Source: a virus. Taken from it: a DNA stretch of 64,000 nucleotides. Where the stretch lies: IMG/VR virus record IMGVR_UViG_3300046387_001332; one strand, given 5' to 3'. The position numbers and the translations under genes are program-made. The notes beneath the pieces were generated by a model. The model saw only the letters and a list, made by a program, of their open reading frames with translations. It was not told where the DNA came from and did no database searches. Positions 9,260-18,328 of the stretch are shown piece by piece. Every line of letters starts with the position of its first letter. Position 1 is the stretch's first letter.

Positions 9260-11849
9260 AGAGAGTTACGTAAAAATAAAAAGACACAACGGTCAGAAAC
9301 CAGTTGTAGTGTATTCGGGAAGCATGATTCAACAAAATCATGGTGAAAAACCATTTGGTCATGGTTATGTTTTGTGGGACCTGAAATCACGTACACATAA
9401 GCACACAGAAGTATTCAATGAATATGGATATTATACCATTGAAGTAAGAGATGGAAAGTGTGTAAGTGACTTGGATAAACTTCCCACGAAAGCAAGATTG
9501 CGGGTAAAAGTATTTAACACAACTGCAACTGAAACTAAAGAAATAATTGCAGAGATACGAAAGAAAACAAGCATAACTGACTTAAATGTCACACGGTGCG
9601 ATGCAATATCTGAAGCAAAAAAGTTTGATCGTGACAATAAGTTTGATTTTGGTGACATATCACTTGTACAAGTACAAAATGACTTAATAGAAGATTATCT
9701 TCGCAGAAATTTTGTTGTTGATGATGACCAAGTAAAAACTGCTCTTGATATTAATAAAGAAATCAACGATAAACTTGTAGTAAAAGAAGTTCTTCGTAAT
9801 TGCATCTGGAAACCAAAGAAGTTTGAATTCTCAAATATGTTTAGTTACGGTGATGGTAACATTGTAGATTTTTCAAATATGAAAAGTGTCATGGGATTGT
9901 TTGCTTCAAATGCAAGTGGAAAAAGCAGTGTAATGAGTGCATTGAGTTTTTGTTTGTTTGATAAATGTGATCGTGCTTTTAAGGCATCCCATGTTTTAAA
10001 CACACAAACTGATTCATTTTATTGTAAACTAAATTTTGAAATAGGTGGAGTAGATTATTTTATTGACCGTCAAGCAACAACAAAGAAGAACGGTGACGTA
10101 ACTGTCGTGGTAGACTTCTGGAAGCATGATATCGATGGTAACACAATATCGTTAAACGGAGAACAGAGGGCTGGGACAAATGCTATAATTCGTGATCATG
10201 TGGGTTCGTATGATGACTTTGTTTTGACTACATTAAGTTTGCAAAATAATAATGCAATTTTTATAGATAAAAGTCAAAGTGAACGAAAAGATTTACTTGC
10301 ACAATTTATGGGCATAGATACATTTGATCAATTACACTCTACTGCTTCCGAAGACATTAAAGAAATAAATGCTTTACTTAAAAGATTTAATCGTGACGAT
10401 TTTGATGAAACTCTTGCAGATGTAAAAGAAAAACTTGATAGAATAAATGAAGAGTATAATCAACAAGATAGTAAGACTAATGTAGCATTACTTGAACAGA
10501 AAAGATTAAATAAAGAATTGGCTGATAAAAATTCATTATTTAAAAATTGTTCGTTTGATGAAACCGCAGTTGATATTGATAAATTAGAATTTAATAAAAA
10601 TAATTTAAAAGAAAGACTTGAAATAGCAAAAGATAATCGTTCGGATGAATCCACAAGAAAGAAAAGTTTAACATTAGAAAAGAAAAATTGCTCACAACAA
10701 ATATCCGAACTAAAAGGTACAGAAGAAAAGTATATAAGTGTATTAAAAGTTCGTGAAGATATTACAAAAGTAGAAAAAGATTTGGCCGTACTGAGAACAT
10801 CAGTTAATGCTAAGTTAGATAAATTAAAACATTATGATAGTCATCAATATGACCCAAAGTGTAAGTTTTGTGTTAACAATTCTAAAAATCTTATTGAAAG
10901 TGCAGAGCAAACTAAAACTGAACTTGATAAAGACAAAGCAGCGGCGGACGAGTTGGTAAAACAAAAAACTATTTTTAGTGATATACTTGAAGATAATAAA
11001 GATGTAGAATCCAATTATGAATTGCTAAAAGATTTAAATAATAAATCTAATCAACTTGTGTTTGAAATAAACGAAGCAGATTCTAAAGTTCTTGCTTTGT
11101 CTAGTATGATTGAATCTCTTGAAAAAGATATTGTTTTAAATGATAAAAATATTAAAGAATATTATGAGTGCAAAGACATAATTGAGTTTAATAAAAATAT
11201 ACAAAAAGAAGTTGGTGAATTAAATTTAAAATTAAATTCTGTAAATAAAATTGCAAATGATGAAAGTGAAAAACTTCAAACACTTTTCGGTGAAGTTAAA
11301 ATTGTAGAAAAAGAGCATGATGATGTAATCTCTTCAATTGAAGAAGCAAAAAGTTATGAAAGAAAAAAACGAGGATACGAGTTGTATCTCGATGCTGTCA
11401 AACGAGATGGTATATCATACGAACTTATTTCCAAAACTATTCCAAGTATTGAAAGTGAAGTAAATAATATACTTTCTCAGATTGTTGATTTTGGTATGAA
11501 TCTTGAAATGGACGGAAAACATATTTACTCAAAAATAACCTACGAGGATCGGCATTGGCCATTAGAGATGTGTAGTGGTATGGAACGATTCATAAGCAGT
11601 ATTGCTATGCGTGTAGCACTTATTAATGTAAGTAGTCTTCCTCGTTCTAATTTCCTTGTTATTGACGAGGGGTGGGGTACATTAGACGGAGACAATATTA
11701 GTAGTGTATTTAACTTATTTACTTATCTAAAAGGTCAGTTTGAGTTTATCGTGGTCATTAGTCACTTGGATGTTATGCGAGATATGGTGGATGAAATTGT
11801 AGAAATTCAAAGAGAAGGTTCATTTAGTAAGATAAATTACGGAGCATAA
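9249..11849 (+). CDS. C-terminal part of the Mre11/SbcD nuclease fused to a Rad50/SbcC/gp46 ATPase
   Basis: N-terminal VYSGSMIQQNHGE..HGYVLWD; Walker A ASNASGKSS; coiled coil with CKFC zinc hook; signature CSGME; Walker B LVIDEG; H-loop ISH. Confidence 0.88.
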   Translation: MEDKESYVKIKRHNGQKPVVVYSGSMIQQNHGEKPFGHGYVLWDLKSRTHKHTEVFNEYGYYTIEVRDGKCVSDLDKLPTKARLRVKVFNTTATETKEIIAEIRKKTSITDLNVTRCDAISEAKKFDRDNKFDFGDISLVQVQNDLIEDYLRRNFVVDDDQVKTALDINKEINDKLVVKEVLRNCIWKPKKFEFSNMFSYGDGNIVDFSNMKSVMGLFASNASGKSSVMSALSFCLFDKCDRAFKASHVLNTQTDSFYCKLNFEIGGVDYFIDRQATTKKNGDVTVVVDFWKHDIDGNTISLNGEQRAGTNAIIRDHVGSYDDFVLTTLSLQNNNAIFIDKSQSERKDLLAQFMGIDTFDQLHSTASEDIKEINALLKRFNRDDFDETLADVKEKLDRINEEYNQQDSKTNVALLEQKRLNKELADKNSLFKNCSFDETAVDIDKLEFNKNNLKERLEIAKDNRSDESTRKKSLTLEKKNCSQQISELKGTEEKYISVLKVREDITKVEKDLAVLRTSVNAKLDKLKHYDSHQYDPKCKFCVNNSKNLIESAEQTKTELDKDKAAADELVKQKTIFSDILEDNKDVESNYELLKDLNNKSNQLVFEINEADSKVLALSSMIESLEKDIVLNDKNIKEYYECKDIIEFNKNIQKEVGELNLKLNSVNKIANDESEKLQTLFGEVKIVEKEHDDVISSIEEAKSYERKKRGYELYLDAVKRDGISYELISKTIPSIESEVNNILSQIVDFGMNLEMDGKHIYSKITYEDRHWPLEMCSGMERFISSIAMRVALINVSSLPRSNFLVIDEGWGTLDGDNISSVFNLFTYLKGQFEFIVVISHLDVMRDMVDEIVEIQREGSFSKINYGA

Positions 11850-11892
11850 AACATATTTAGATATATATTTATTATGTACCTAAATTGTATTT

Positions 11893-12936
11893 ATGGAAAA
11901 TTCCGAAAAAAATCAAAAAGTCCAAGAAACCCTGATTAAAGCAGGATTGCGTAAAGGATACTTTACACTTGTAGAGGGTGTGTATGATCCTGGTATTTTA
12001 AAAGCAGTATTTCTAGCAGGAGGTCCTGGTTCGGGTAAATCTGCTACGGTTGATACATTATTCAATTTTCCACCAGATGCGGCTAATTTATCACCAAGTG
12101 GATTGAAGATTGTTAATAGTGATCCTGCATTTGAGATATTACTTAAAAAAGCAGGATATGATCTGAATCTATCTAAAATGGATGATGAAACATTTGCCAA
12201 AGTAACAAGTGACGATCCAAATAGTATTCGTTCCCGTGCGAAGAAAATTATGCTTAAACAATTTGAGTTATTTAAAGATGGTCGTTTGGGTATTATCGTA
12301 GATGGAACTGGTGATAATTATAACAAAATATCAAAGCAAAAGAAAGAACTTGAAAAACTTGGATACGATTGTTATATGGTATTTGTAAATACAACATTAG
12401 ATGTGGCACAACAAAGAAACGCAATGCGTAAAAGAAAACTTCCACGAAAAATAGTAAAAGATATTTGGACAGATGTACAAAAAAATCTTGGTAAGTTTCA
12501 AGGTTTGTTCAAAGCAAATTTCGTTATAGTAGACAATTCAGAAGATACTCGCAGTAAAACAAAACCTGGTAGATTAGATTTAGTTCCACGGTTAATGAAA
12601 GAAGTTGCAAGATTTATATCCAAACCAATTAAAAATCCAATTGGAAAGAAATGGATTAAAATGATGATGGCACATGATAAAATGAGTAAAAGTGGTGATA
12701 AACGAAATCGTGTTACAGAAGAACTTGATTTAGTAAAGATGGAAGATGTTGTTCTTCCTATGGATTTAGAGAGACACTTAAGTCGTTCTATTCACGTAAT
12801 TAAAAAATTTAATTTAAATGAAAGAAAGAATTTAGCAGTATTAACACGATTAGTGGAGAGTTTACAACTTAGCAGAAATCAGTTAGTAAAGTATTTTCAT
12901 AAAATCCGTACCATGAAATTCAAAGGAGAAGATTGA
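11893..12936 (+). CDS. P-loop kinase (zeta-toxin/Pnk-like), probable head-internal protein
   Basis: AVFLAGGPGSGKS, IIVDGTG, QQRNAMRKR lid; domain begins right after LVE; upstream TATTTAT. Confidence 0.7.
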   Translation: MENSEKNQKVQETLIKAGLRKGYFTLVEGVYDPGILKAVFLAGGPGSGKSATVDTLFNFPPDAANLSPSGLKIVNSDPAFEILLKKAGYDLNLSKMDDETFAKVTSDDPNSIRSRAKKIMLKQFELFKDGRLGIIVDGTGDNYNKISKQKKELEKLGYDCYMVFVNTTLDVAQQRNAMRKRKLPRKIVKDIWTDVQKNLGKFQGLFKANFVIVDNSEDTRSKTKPGRLDLVPRLMKEVARFISKPIKNPIGKKWIKMMMAHDKMSKSGDKRNRVTEELDLVKMEDVVLPMDLERHLSRSIHVIKKFNLNERKNLAVLTRLVESLQLSRNQLVKYFHKIRTMKFKGED

Positions 12937-12937
12937 T

Positions 12938-13288
12938 ATGTTTGATGTTATTTTTGACGAACTAATCAAAGAAGATAAACTAGGAGAAACTTGGAGAATA
13001 GAACTTGCTCCAAATCATTCTCGTTATAGTTTTTCGTCAAAAAAGTCTGGAAATGAAAATTGGGCAAAATCACTTGCTATGAAGTTATTGAAACAAGATA
13101 AAGATGAATACAAGTTTATTGGAGTATTTAGTGAGGGTGAAACTGACGATGGACCAATTGTTGATGGTTATATTTTTCATTGTACAGAAGAGTACTTTAA
13201 AAATGTCCCTCACTTGCATCGTGATAAAAGAAAAGCAATTAAACAACATCTTAAAACAAATAAAATAATTGAATATTTTGAGGATTAA
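12938..13288 (+). CDS. Hypothetical protein
   Basis: GGAG SD, coupled to the upstream stop; N-terminal LIKE motif. Confidence 0.6.
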   Translation: MFDVIFDELIKEDKLGETWRIELAPNHSRYSFSSKKSGNENWAKSLAMKLLKQDKDEYKFIGVFSEGETDDGPIVDGYIFHCTEEYFKNVPHLHRDKRKAIKQHLKTNKIIEYFED

Positions 13289-13289
13289 T

Positions 13290-13817
13290 ATGAGCATTAA
13301 AGAATATAACAGATATAAAGATGATCCTTTTTGGATGAAATCAAAATATGATGGAGTGTCGGGTGAACAAAGATTACCTGTTCAAAGAAGATTACGCAAG
13401 GGTGGGATTAAGTTTAAAAAAGGTGATGAGATTTTATATTACCCGAGGGGTAAAGTGATTATGGTAGGAAAAGAAGCAGAGCAAGCATGGAGAGATTTCC
13501 AATCAGCTGCTTCTGATGAAGATTTTTATATGTCGCAATACGAGGAGTCAATTAATATGGAAAAAACAAATGAAATTAAATTAACAAGTCCAGAGTACAA
13601 AAAAGCAATTAACTTTATGTCTGATATGCATTCTAGTATTCTTAAAGCAAAAGATAAAGTTATAAGTTTTCTAAGAAGAAAAGGATATGACGATATGGCA
13701 GATGAACTTGACGGAATGTCTAAGATTGAGTTCAATAAATTTGTTCAACGTAAAGTGTATGAAGAAAAGTTAAGAAAAGAAATAAGAAATATTCTTACTG
13801 AGATTTTAAACAAATAG
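13290..13817 (+). CDS. Hypothetical protein
   Basis: ATG at 13290 after GAGGA; coupled to both neighbours. Confidence 0.6.
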   Translation: MSIKEYNRYKDDPFWMKSKYDGVSGEQRLPVQRRLRKGGIKFKKGDEILYYPRGKVIMVGKEAEQAWRDFQSAASDEDFYMSQYEESINMEKTNEIKLTSPEYKKAINFMSDMHSSILKAKDKVISFLRRKGYDDMADELDGMSKIEFNKFVQRKVYEEKLRKEIRNILTEILNK

Positions 13818-16336
13818 TGATCACAAAAAATACAGATATTTTAACCAAAAAACTTACTGATTATTTGGTTGAAGAAACTTTAGAGGAGGACTCTAAAGTA
13901 AAAACTATTCTTGGAATTTATCCTGGACGGTTTCAACCTGCTGGTATACACCACTATAAAACATACAAGCATTTAAAAAAGAAGTTTAGCAAATCTTTTG
14001 TTGCAACCAGTAATAAAACTAATACAACAGATAGTCCATTAAATTTCAAAGAGAAAAAAATGGTATGGTTAAAGCATGGAGTTAAAGATGTTGTTGCTGT
14101 TAAGAATCCATATGTATGCGATGAAATTACTAAACGTTACGACGAAGATACTACCGCAGTGGTTTTCATGTTTGGTGAAAAAGATGCAGGACGATTAAAA
14201 ACAACAAAGGCAGATGGTTCACCTGCTTATTACCAACCATACGAAGAAAATAAAAGAAACTTAAAAGGTTTTAAGCAACATGGTTATTTCATAGTTGCTC
14301 CTCATGTGAGTATTAAGGTGCTTGGCAAAGAAGTAAGTGGTACACGGATACGAGATTTACTTGGTTCTCCTAAACACGATGAAATGACAAAAATTCAAGC
14401 ATTTGAGGAATTGTTTGGTTGGTATGATGAAAAGATATTCAAATATTTGACAAAAAAATTCGGAACATTGTTTGAGAATAGAGAAATTTATGAAAGTTTC
14501 ATACATGAGTATCCAAACTTAGAAGGTTATATACATAATTTACCAAATGTATGTAATGAAATAAGTTCTGTGTTTGCACATGGAAAATCATTAGTAGATG
14601 ACGGACCTAGTATTTTTTATCCAGGAAAAACATACGAGAAAAATACATCCAATTATGCCGAGCAACTTGGGTACGAATTAATTGATCACATTGCTGGTAA
14701 AAACAATGAAGGAAGAAACACAAGTTACCGAGAGTGGGGAAACTACGCAGGACCAGTACCCGCAGTTAGTTTTTACACATCGGGTGTTTCAGATGAACAA
14801 ACTCCCAACAACCAAGTTGACACAGAATCTACGAGAACTGCACATGGCCAGTGGGAAAGTTTTATATCTCAGGTGGCAGAAACTGCTGGATATAAACTTG
14901 TAGACTTTATTGGTTCTGAAAAATCTATTCGTAAAAAAGATGAACAAGGTGACGAAGATTTGAAATCAGGTAATACTATTGACACCGATAAAGCAGAGGA
15001 AGGTGACAAAATAGACCAAGGTGTAAAGGGTCAAGTAGTAAACGAAAATTTATTAACAGAAGGAGGTGCGGCTGGACACATGAGTCATCCCTTTGATGAT
15101 CGTGAGTTAACATTTGGTGATTTAAAAGAAATGATTCGTAGATCACTTGCAGGTGAATTAAATGTTGAAAAAGAAGTTACTGAAAAACTTGATGGACAAA
15201 ACTTAATGTTTTCTTGGAAAGATGGTCAGTTGGTGGCCGCAAGAAATCAAGGTCATCTAAAAAACGCAGGTGCGGCTGCTCCTAATGTAAAAGAATTTTC
15301 AAGTATATTTGCTGATCGTCCTGATAATATTCGTGACGCATTTGTAGGTGCAGTTGAAGATTTAGAAACTGCTATATCTGGTCTTACAGATGCACAAAAG
15401 AATAAAGTATTTCGTGAAGGTGAACGTTTTATGAATATAGAGGTAATGACACCTGCGACACAAAATGTTATTCCTCAGAATGTAGATATGTTAGTATTCC
15501 ACGGAACACAAGCATATGATTCCGCAGGAAAAGCAGTATCAGAAGATTCCGAGGGAAACGATATAACAGGTGAACTTAAAGACTCTGCAAGAATGCTTAA
15601 AGGTATGTTGAAACAAATAAACGCAGATGTTCAAAAACGATATTCATTGAACGCACCAATTGTGGTGGAACTTCCTAAAAGTAAAACATTTGGAGATTCA
15701 TATGCAAAGTATTCTGCTAAAATAGATAAACTTAAAAACAAATTTAGATTAAAAGATAACGATAAAGTAATGAAGTATCACGATTCTTGGTGGAGAAACT
15801 TGCTTGATAAACAACAAACAAAAAATAAAGAGATATTTCCCTCGAATGTATACGAAGCACTCGTTGGTCGTTGGGCATATAATGATAAGTCTAACAAAAT
15901 CACTACAATTAAAAAAGAATTATCTGATCATCCAAAACTACTTGCTTGGGTTACTAAATTTGAAAAAGAAGATATTACAAAACAATTTGAAGAAAATATG
16001 TGGCCATTTCAATTCATCTTTTTGAAATTGGGTGCGGAAGTATTAAAAAATGTAAAAGGATTCGTTGCGGCTGGTGGAAGTGATGATATTGCAAAAGCAC
16101 TTGATTCTCACGTTAAAACACTTGAAGGCAAGAAGATAAGTTCGGTGGAATCACCTGATAAGTTTAAGAAAGACATGGAGAAACTAAATAAGAATCTTGC
16201 TCGTCTTAATTCTATTGGTGGAAGCAATGCAATTGCACCAACAGAAGGTGTAGTATTTCAATACAAAGGTGGAACATATAAACTCACAGGTACATTTGCT
16301 CCTATAAATCAAATTATGGGTATAATGAGGTTTTAA
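13817..16336 (+). CDS. Multidomain protein: HIGH-type nucleotidyltransferase domain plus a C-terminal ATP-dependent ligase-like (KxDG) domain
   Basis: GIYPGRFQPAGIHH..GEKD..VSGTRIR in the N-terminal part; LLTE|GGAAGHMSHPFD, EKLDGQNL, NIEV, EGVVF and YKLTG in the C-terminal part. Confidence 0.7.
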   Translation: MITKNTDILTKKLTDYLVEETLEEDSKVKTILGIYPGRFQPAGIHHYKTYKHLKKKFSKSFVATSNKTNTTDSPLNFKEKKMVWLKHGVKDVVAVKNPYVCDEITKRYDEDTTAVVFMFGEKDAGRLKTTKADGSPAYYQPYEENKRNLKGFKQHGYFIVAPHVSIKVLGKEVSGTRIRDLLGSPKHDEMTKIQAFEELFGWYDEKIFKYLTKKFGTLFENREIYESFIHEYPNLEGYIHNLPNVCNEISSVFAHGKSLVDDGPSIFYPGKTYEKNTSNYAEQLGYELIDHIAGKNNEGRNTSYREWGNYAGPVPAVSFYTSGVSDEQTPNNQVDTESTRTAHGQWESFISQVAETAGYKLVDFIGSEKSIRKKDEQGDEDLKSGNTIDTDKAEEGDKIDQGVKGQVVNENLLTEGGAAGHMSHPFDDRELTFGDLKEMIRRSLAGELNVEKEVTEKLDGQNLMFSWKDGQLVAARNQGHLKNAGAAAPNVKEFSSIFADRPDNIRDAFVGAVEDLETAISGLTDAQKNKVFREGERFMNIEVMTPATQNVIPQNVDMLVFHGTQAYDSAGKAVSEDSEGNDITGELKDSARMLKGMLKQINADVQKRYSLNAPIVVELPKSKTFGDSYAKYSAKIDKLKNKFRLKDNDKVMKYHDSWWRNLLDKQQTKNKEIFPSNVYEALVGRWAYNDKSNKITTIKKELSDHPKLLAWVTKFEKEDITKQFEENMWPFQFIFLKLGAEVLKNVKGFVAAGGSDDIAKALDSHVKTLEGKKISSVESPDKFKKDMEKLNKNLARLNSIGGSNAIAPTEGVVFQYKGGTYKLTGTFAPINQIMGIMRF

Positions 16337-16338
16337 TC

Positions 16339-17202
16339 ATGGAAGAGAAAAAGTTATCTAGAATTGCACGTAGAAAACTTTCACAGGCCGCAAGACGAAC
16401 TGCAAAGAAACGTGCAACTAAAAAGAAACTATTTGCAAAAAGAATGAAGTCTCCTGCCAAATTAAAAGCAACTGCTGAGAAGGCGGCAAAGAATCTAATC
16501 GTAAAAAAAATGACAGGTGGAAAATCATATAGCAATCTTTCAGTTGGCCAAAAAGAACTTATAGATAAAAAGTTATCTAATAAAAAAGGTATTGTTGCAA
16601 AGGTTGCAAGAAAGATGCTTCCTATTGTGAAGAAAAAAGAAAAAGAACGAATTAAAAAAATTCGTGCAAAAAAGGTTGAATCTGAAAGTCTTTCAAACCA
16701 AGAAACTATATCTCATGGAGTGCTAACTTTGAATATAAATGGATCGCACCTTGAAGTATCGGCAAGAAAAAAAGATGGAAAACTAATTCCTTATACTTTT
16801 AAAGAATTAAACGATGCAAAAAAACATTGCAAAAAAGTTGGTGGAAAAACTTTTCAATCACCAAAAACAAATTTATATTATGTTGAGTTTACAAAACTGG
16901 ATGGACCAATGAGTGAAGACAAAGAAAAAGAAGAAAATTTAAAAGATTTAAAAGCAATACTTGATGTTGCAAAAATGCTGAGTGACAAAAGTCCTTATTT
17001 TAAAGGTCGTGGTAGTAAAAAAGAATATATTAAAATGCTAGTGCATAAAATAAAAAAATTGTCGGAAGCAAAACAGAAAAAAATAATTTCAACAATTGAT
17101 GCATATAATAAAGTCAGAAAACCAACGATGCCTAAAAGTCGTGCAATGAAAAATAAAAAGGCATATGATAGAAAAGACTTTAAAAAAGGAAGGTATGATT
17201 AA
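16339..17202 (+). CDS. Highly basic hypothetical protein, probable head-internal nucleic-acid-binding polyprotein
   Basis: K/R-rich segments separated by xxE motifs; GAGG SD. Confidence 0.6.
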   Translation: MEEKKLSRIARRKLSQAARRTAKKRATKKKLFAKRMKSPAKLKATAEKAAKNLIVKKMTGGKSYSNLSVGQKELIDKKLSNKKGIVAKVARKMLPIVKKKEKERIKKIRAKKVESESLSNQETISHGVLTLNINGSHLEVSARKKDGKLIPYTFKELNDAKKHCKKVGGKTFQSPKTNLYYVEFTKLDGPMSEDKEKEENLKDLKAILDVAKMLSDKSPYFKGRGSKKEYIKMLVHKIKKLSEAKQKKIISTIDAYNKVRKPTMPKSRAMKNKKAYDRKDFKKGRYD

Positions 17203-17596
17203 GTTAAATGGAAATGTCTATTTAAAAACAAACGAAGTTGAAATTCAAATTGAAAAAGTAAGTAAACGATTTCGTACATCACACCGTGCTATTTTACCGC
17301 AACAAGTTACTTATCTTGATCGTGAGTTTGTAGATTGCATAAGAGACGAAGCAAAGAATTTATCTTTATCTCTTTTTTATTTGTATGGGTATAATGAAGA
17401 TCACGCATCTACCAAAAAAATAATACAAGGTGTACACGATAGAATGAGAAATGAAGAAAGTTGTGATAGTCGTTTAAGATTTATGCAGTATGATTTATCT
17501 GACTCACAACGTAAAAAGCACAGATTGAGATATGAAAACTTTTTAGTAAATGTTTTTTTAGATGAGTGCATAAAACTATTTGAAAATTTACATTAA
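17195..17596 (+). CDS. Hypothetical protein
   Basis: ATG at 17195 after AAGGAAGG, overlapping the upstream stop. Confidence 0.55.
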   Translation: MIKLNGNVYLKTNEVEIQIEKVSKRFRTSHRAILPQQVTYLDREFVDCIRDEAKNLSLSLFYLYGYNEDHASTKKIIQGVHDRMRNEESCDSRLRFMQYDLSDSQRKKHRLRYENFLVNVFLDECIKLFENLH

Positions 17597-17600
17597 TAGT

Positions 17601-17629
17601 TTGACAAACTTTATTTTAGGTGAGATAAT
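17601..17629 (+). promoter_or_regulatory. Sigma70-type promoter with extended -10
   Basis: TTGACA-N17-GATAAT, with TG at 17621-17622. Confidence 0.65.
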
Positions 17630-17635
17630 GCCAAT

Positions 17636-18262
17636 ATGGCTAAAATGGATAAAGATGATTTAAAGTACGTTATTAAACGATCAAAAAAACTATTCGCGGG
17701 TGAAGAAATACCAAAGGTACATGGATATGAAGGTGAAAAAGAAGAAGTAAAAGTTCGTGCAGTTGGAGAAATATGGACTGACAAAGACGGAAAAGAGTGG
17801 AAACAAATTGGTGCTAATACCAAAGTTAGAACCGAAACCGTGTTTGACAAGTTAAGAAAAATAGCAAGAACCGCTCCAAATTGTCCCAAAGAAGTTTGTA
17901 CCTGTGATACTACTAAATTTTTAGATAAACGAATGGTTGCTATGAAAGGATTGTGTTTTGATTGTGTTCAAGAACATGAGCAAAAGTTAAAAGACGAAGG
18001 AAAGTATGAAGACTACGAAAAAAAGACAATGCTTGAAAACGAAAAAAGTTTTTTGTTAGATGCTAAAATCAAAATGGGTGAATCTAAACATTACATTGAA
18101 AATGATCCTCAATTTCTAAATGAAGATGGTTCTCTTGAAAAGTGGAATATACCCGAAAAGTCTAAATTATTAGATGAACTTAATGCCGACATCACAGAGG
18201 TTGATGATCGTATTAAGAGTATTGAAAAAGAACTTGAAAAATTTTCACAATGTGATTTTTAA
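17636..18262 (+). CDS. Hypothetical protein upstream of terminase, Cys-containing
   Basis: GEIWTDKDGKEWKQ, CPKEVCTC and CFDC; acidic coiled-coil C-terminus. Confidence 0.7.
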   Translation: MAKMDKDDLKYVIKRSKKLFAGEEIPKVHGYEGEKEEVKVRAVGEIWTDKDGKEWKQIGANTKVRTETVFDKLRKIARTAPNCPKEVCTCDTTKFLDKRMVAMKGLCFDCVQEHEQKLKDEGKYEDYEKKTMLENEKSFLLDAKIKMGESKHYIENDPQFLNEDGSLEKWNIPEKSKLLDELNADITEVDDRIKSIEKELEKFSQCDF

Positions 18263-18289
18263 AAGATTCAACGATACCTTGAAACTTTT
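18261..18289. repeat. 29-bp inverted-repeat element, copy 1 (AAAAGATTCAA-CGATACC-TTGAAACTTTT)
   Basis: 28/29 identical to the copy at 53682-53710; 11-bp arms around a 7-bp asymmetric spacer. Confidence 0.85.
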
Positions 18290-18328
18290 TATATTATAGA
18301 AAATTAAATACATATATATTTATCCTTA

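Noticed and set aside
8320-9260. Intron, intein or translational bypass as the way the nuclease halves rejoin
   Set aside because: I saw no group I/II core or intein termini. The gap of about 0.9 kb is filled entirely by a coding gene and is far longer than the T4 gene 60 hop. Both halves have coupled starts.
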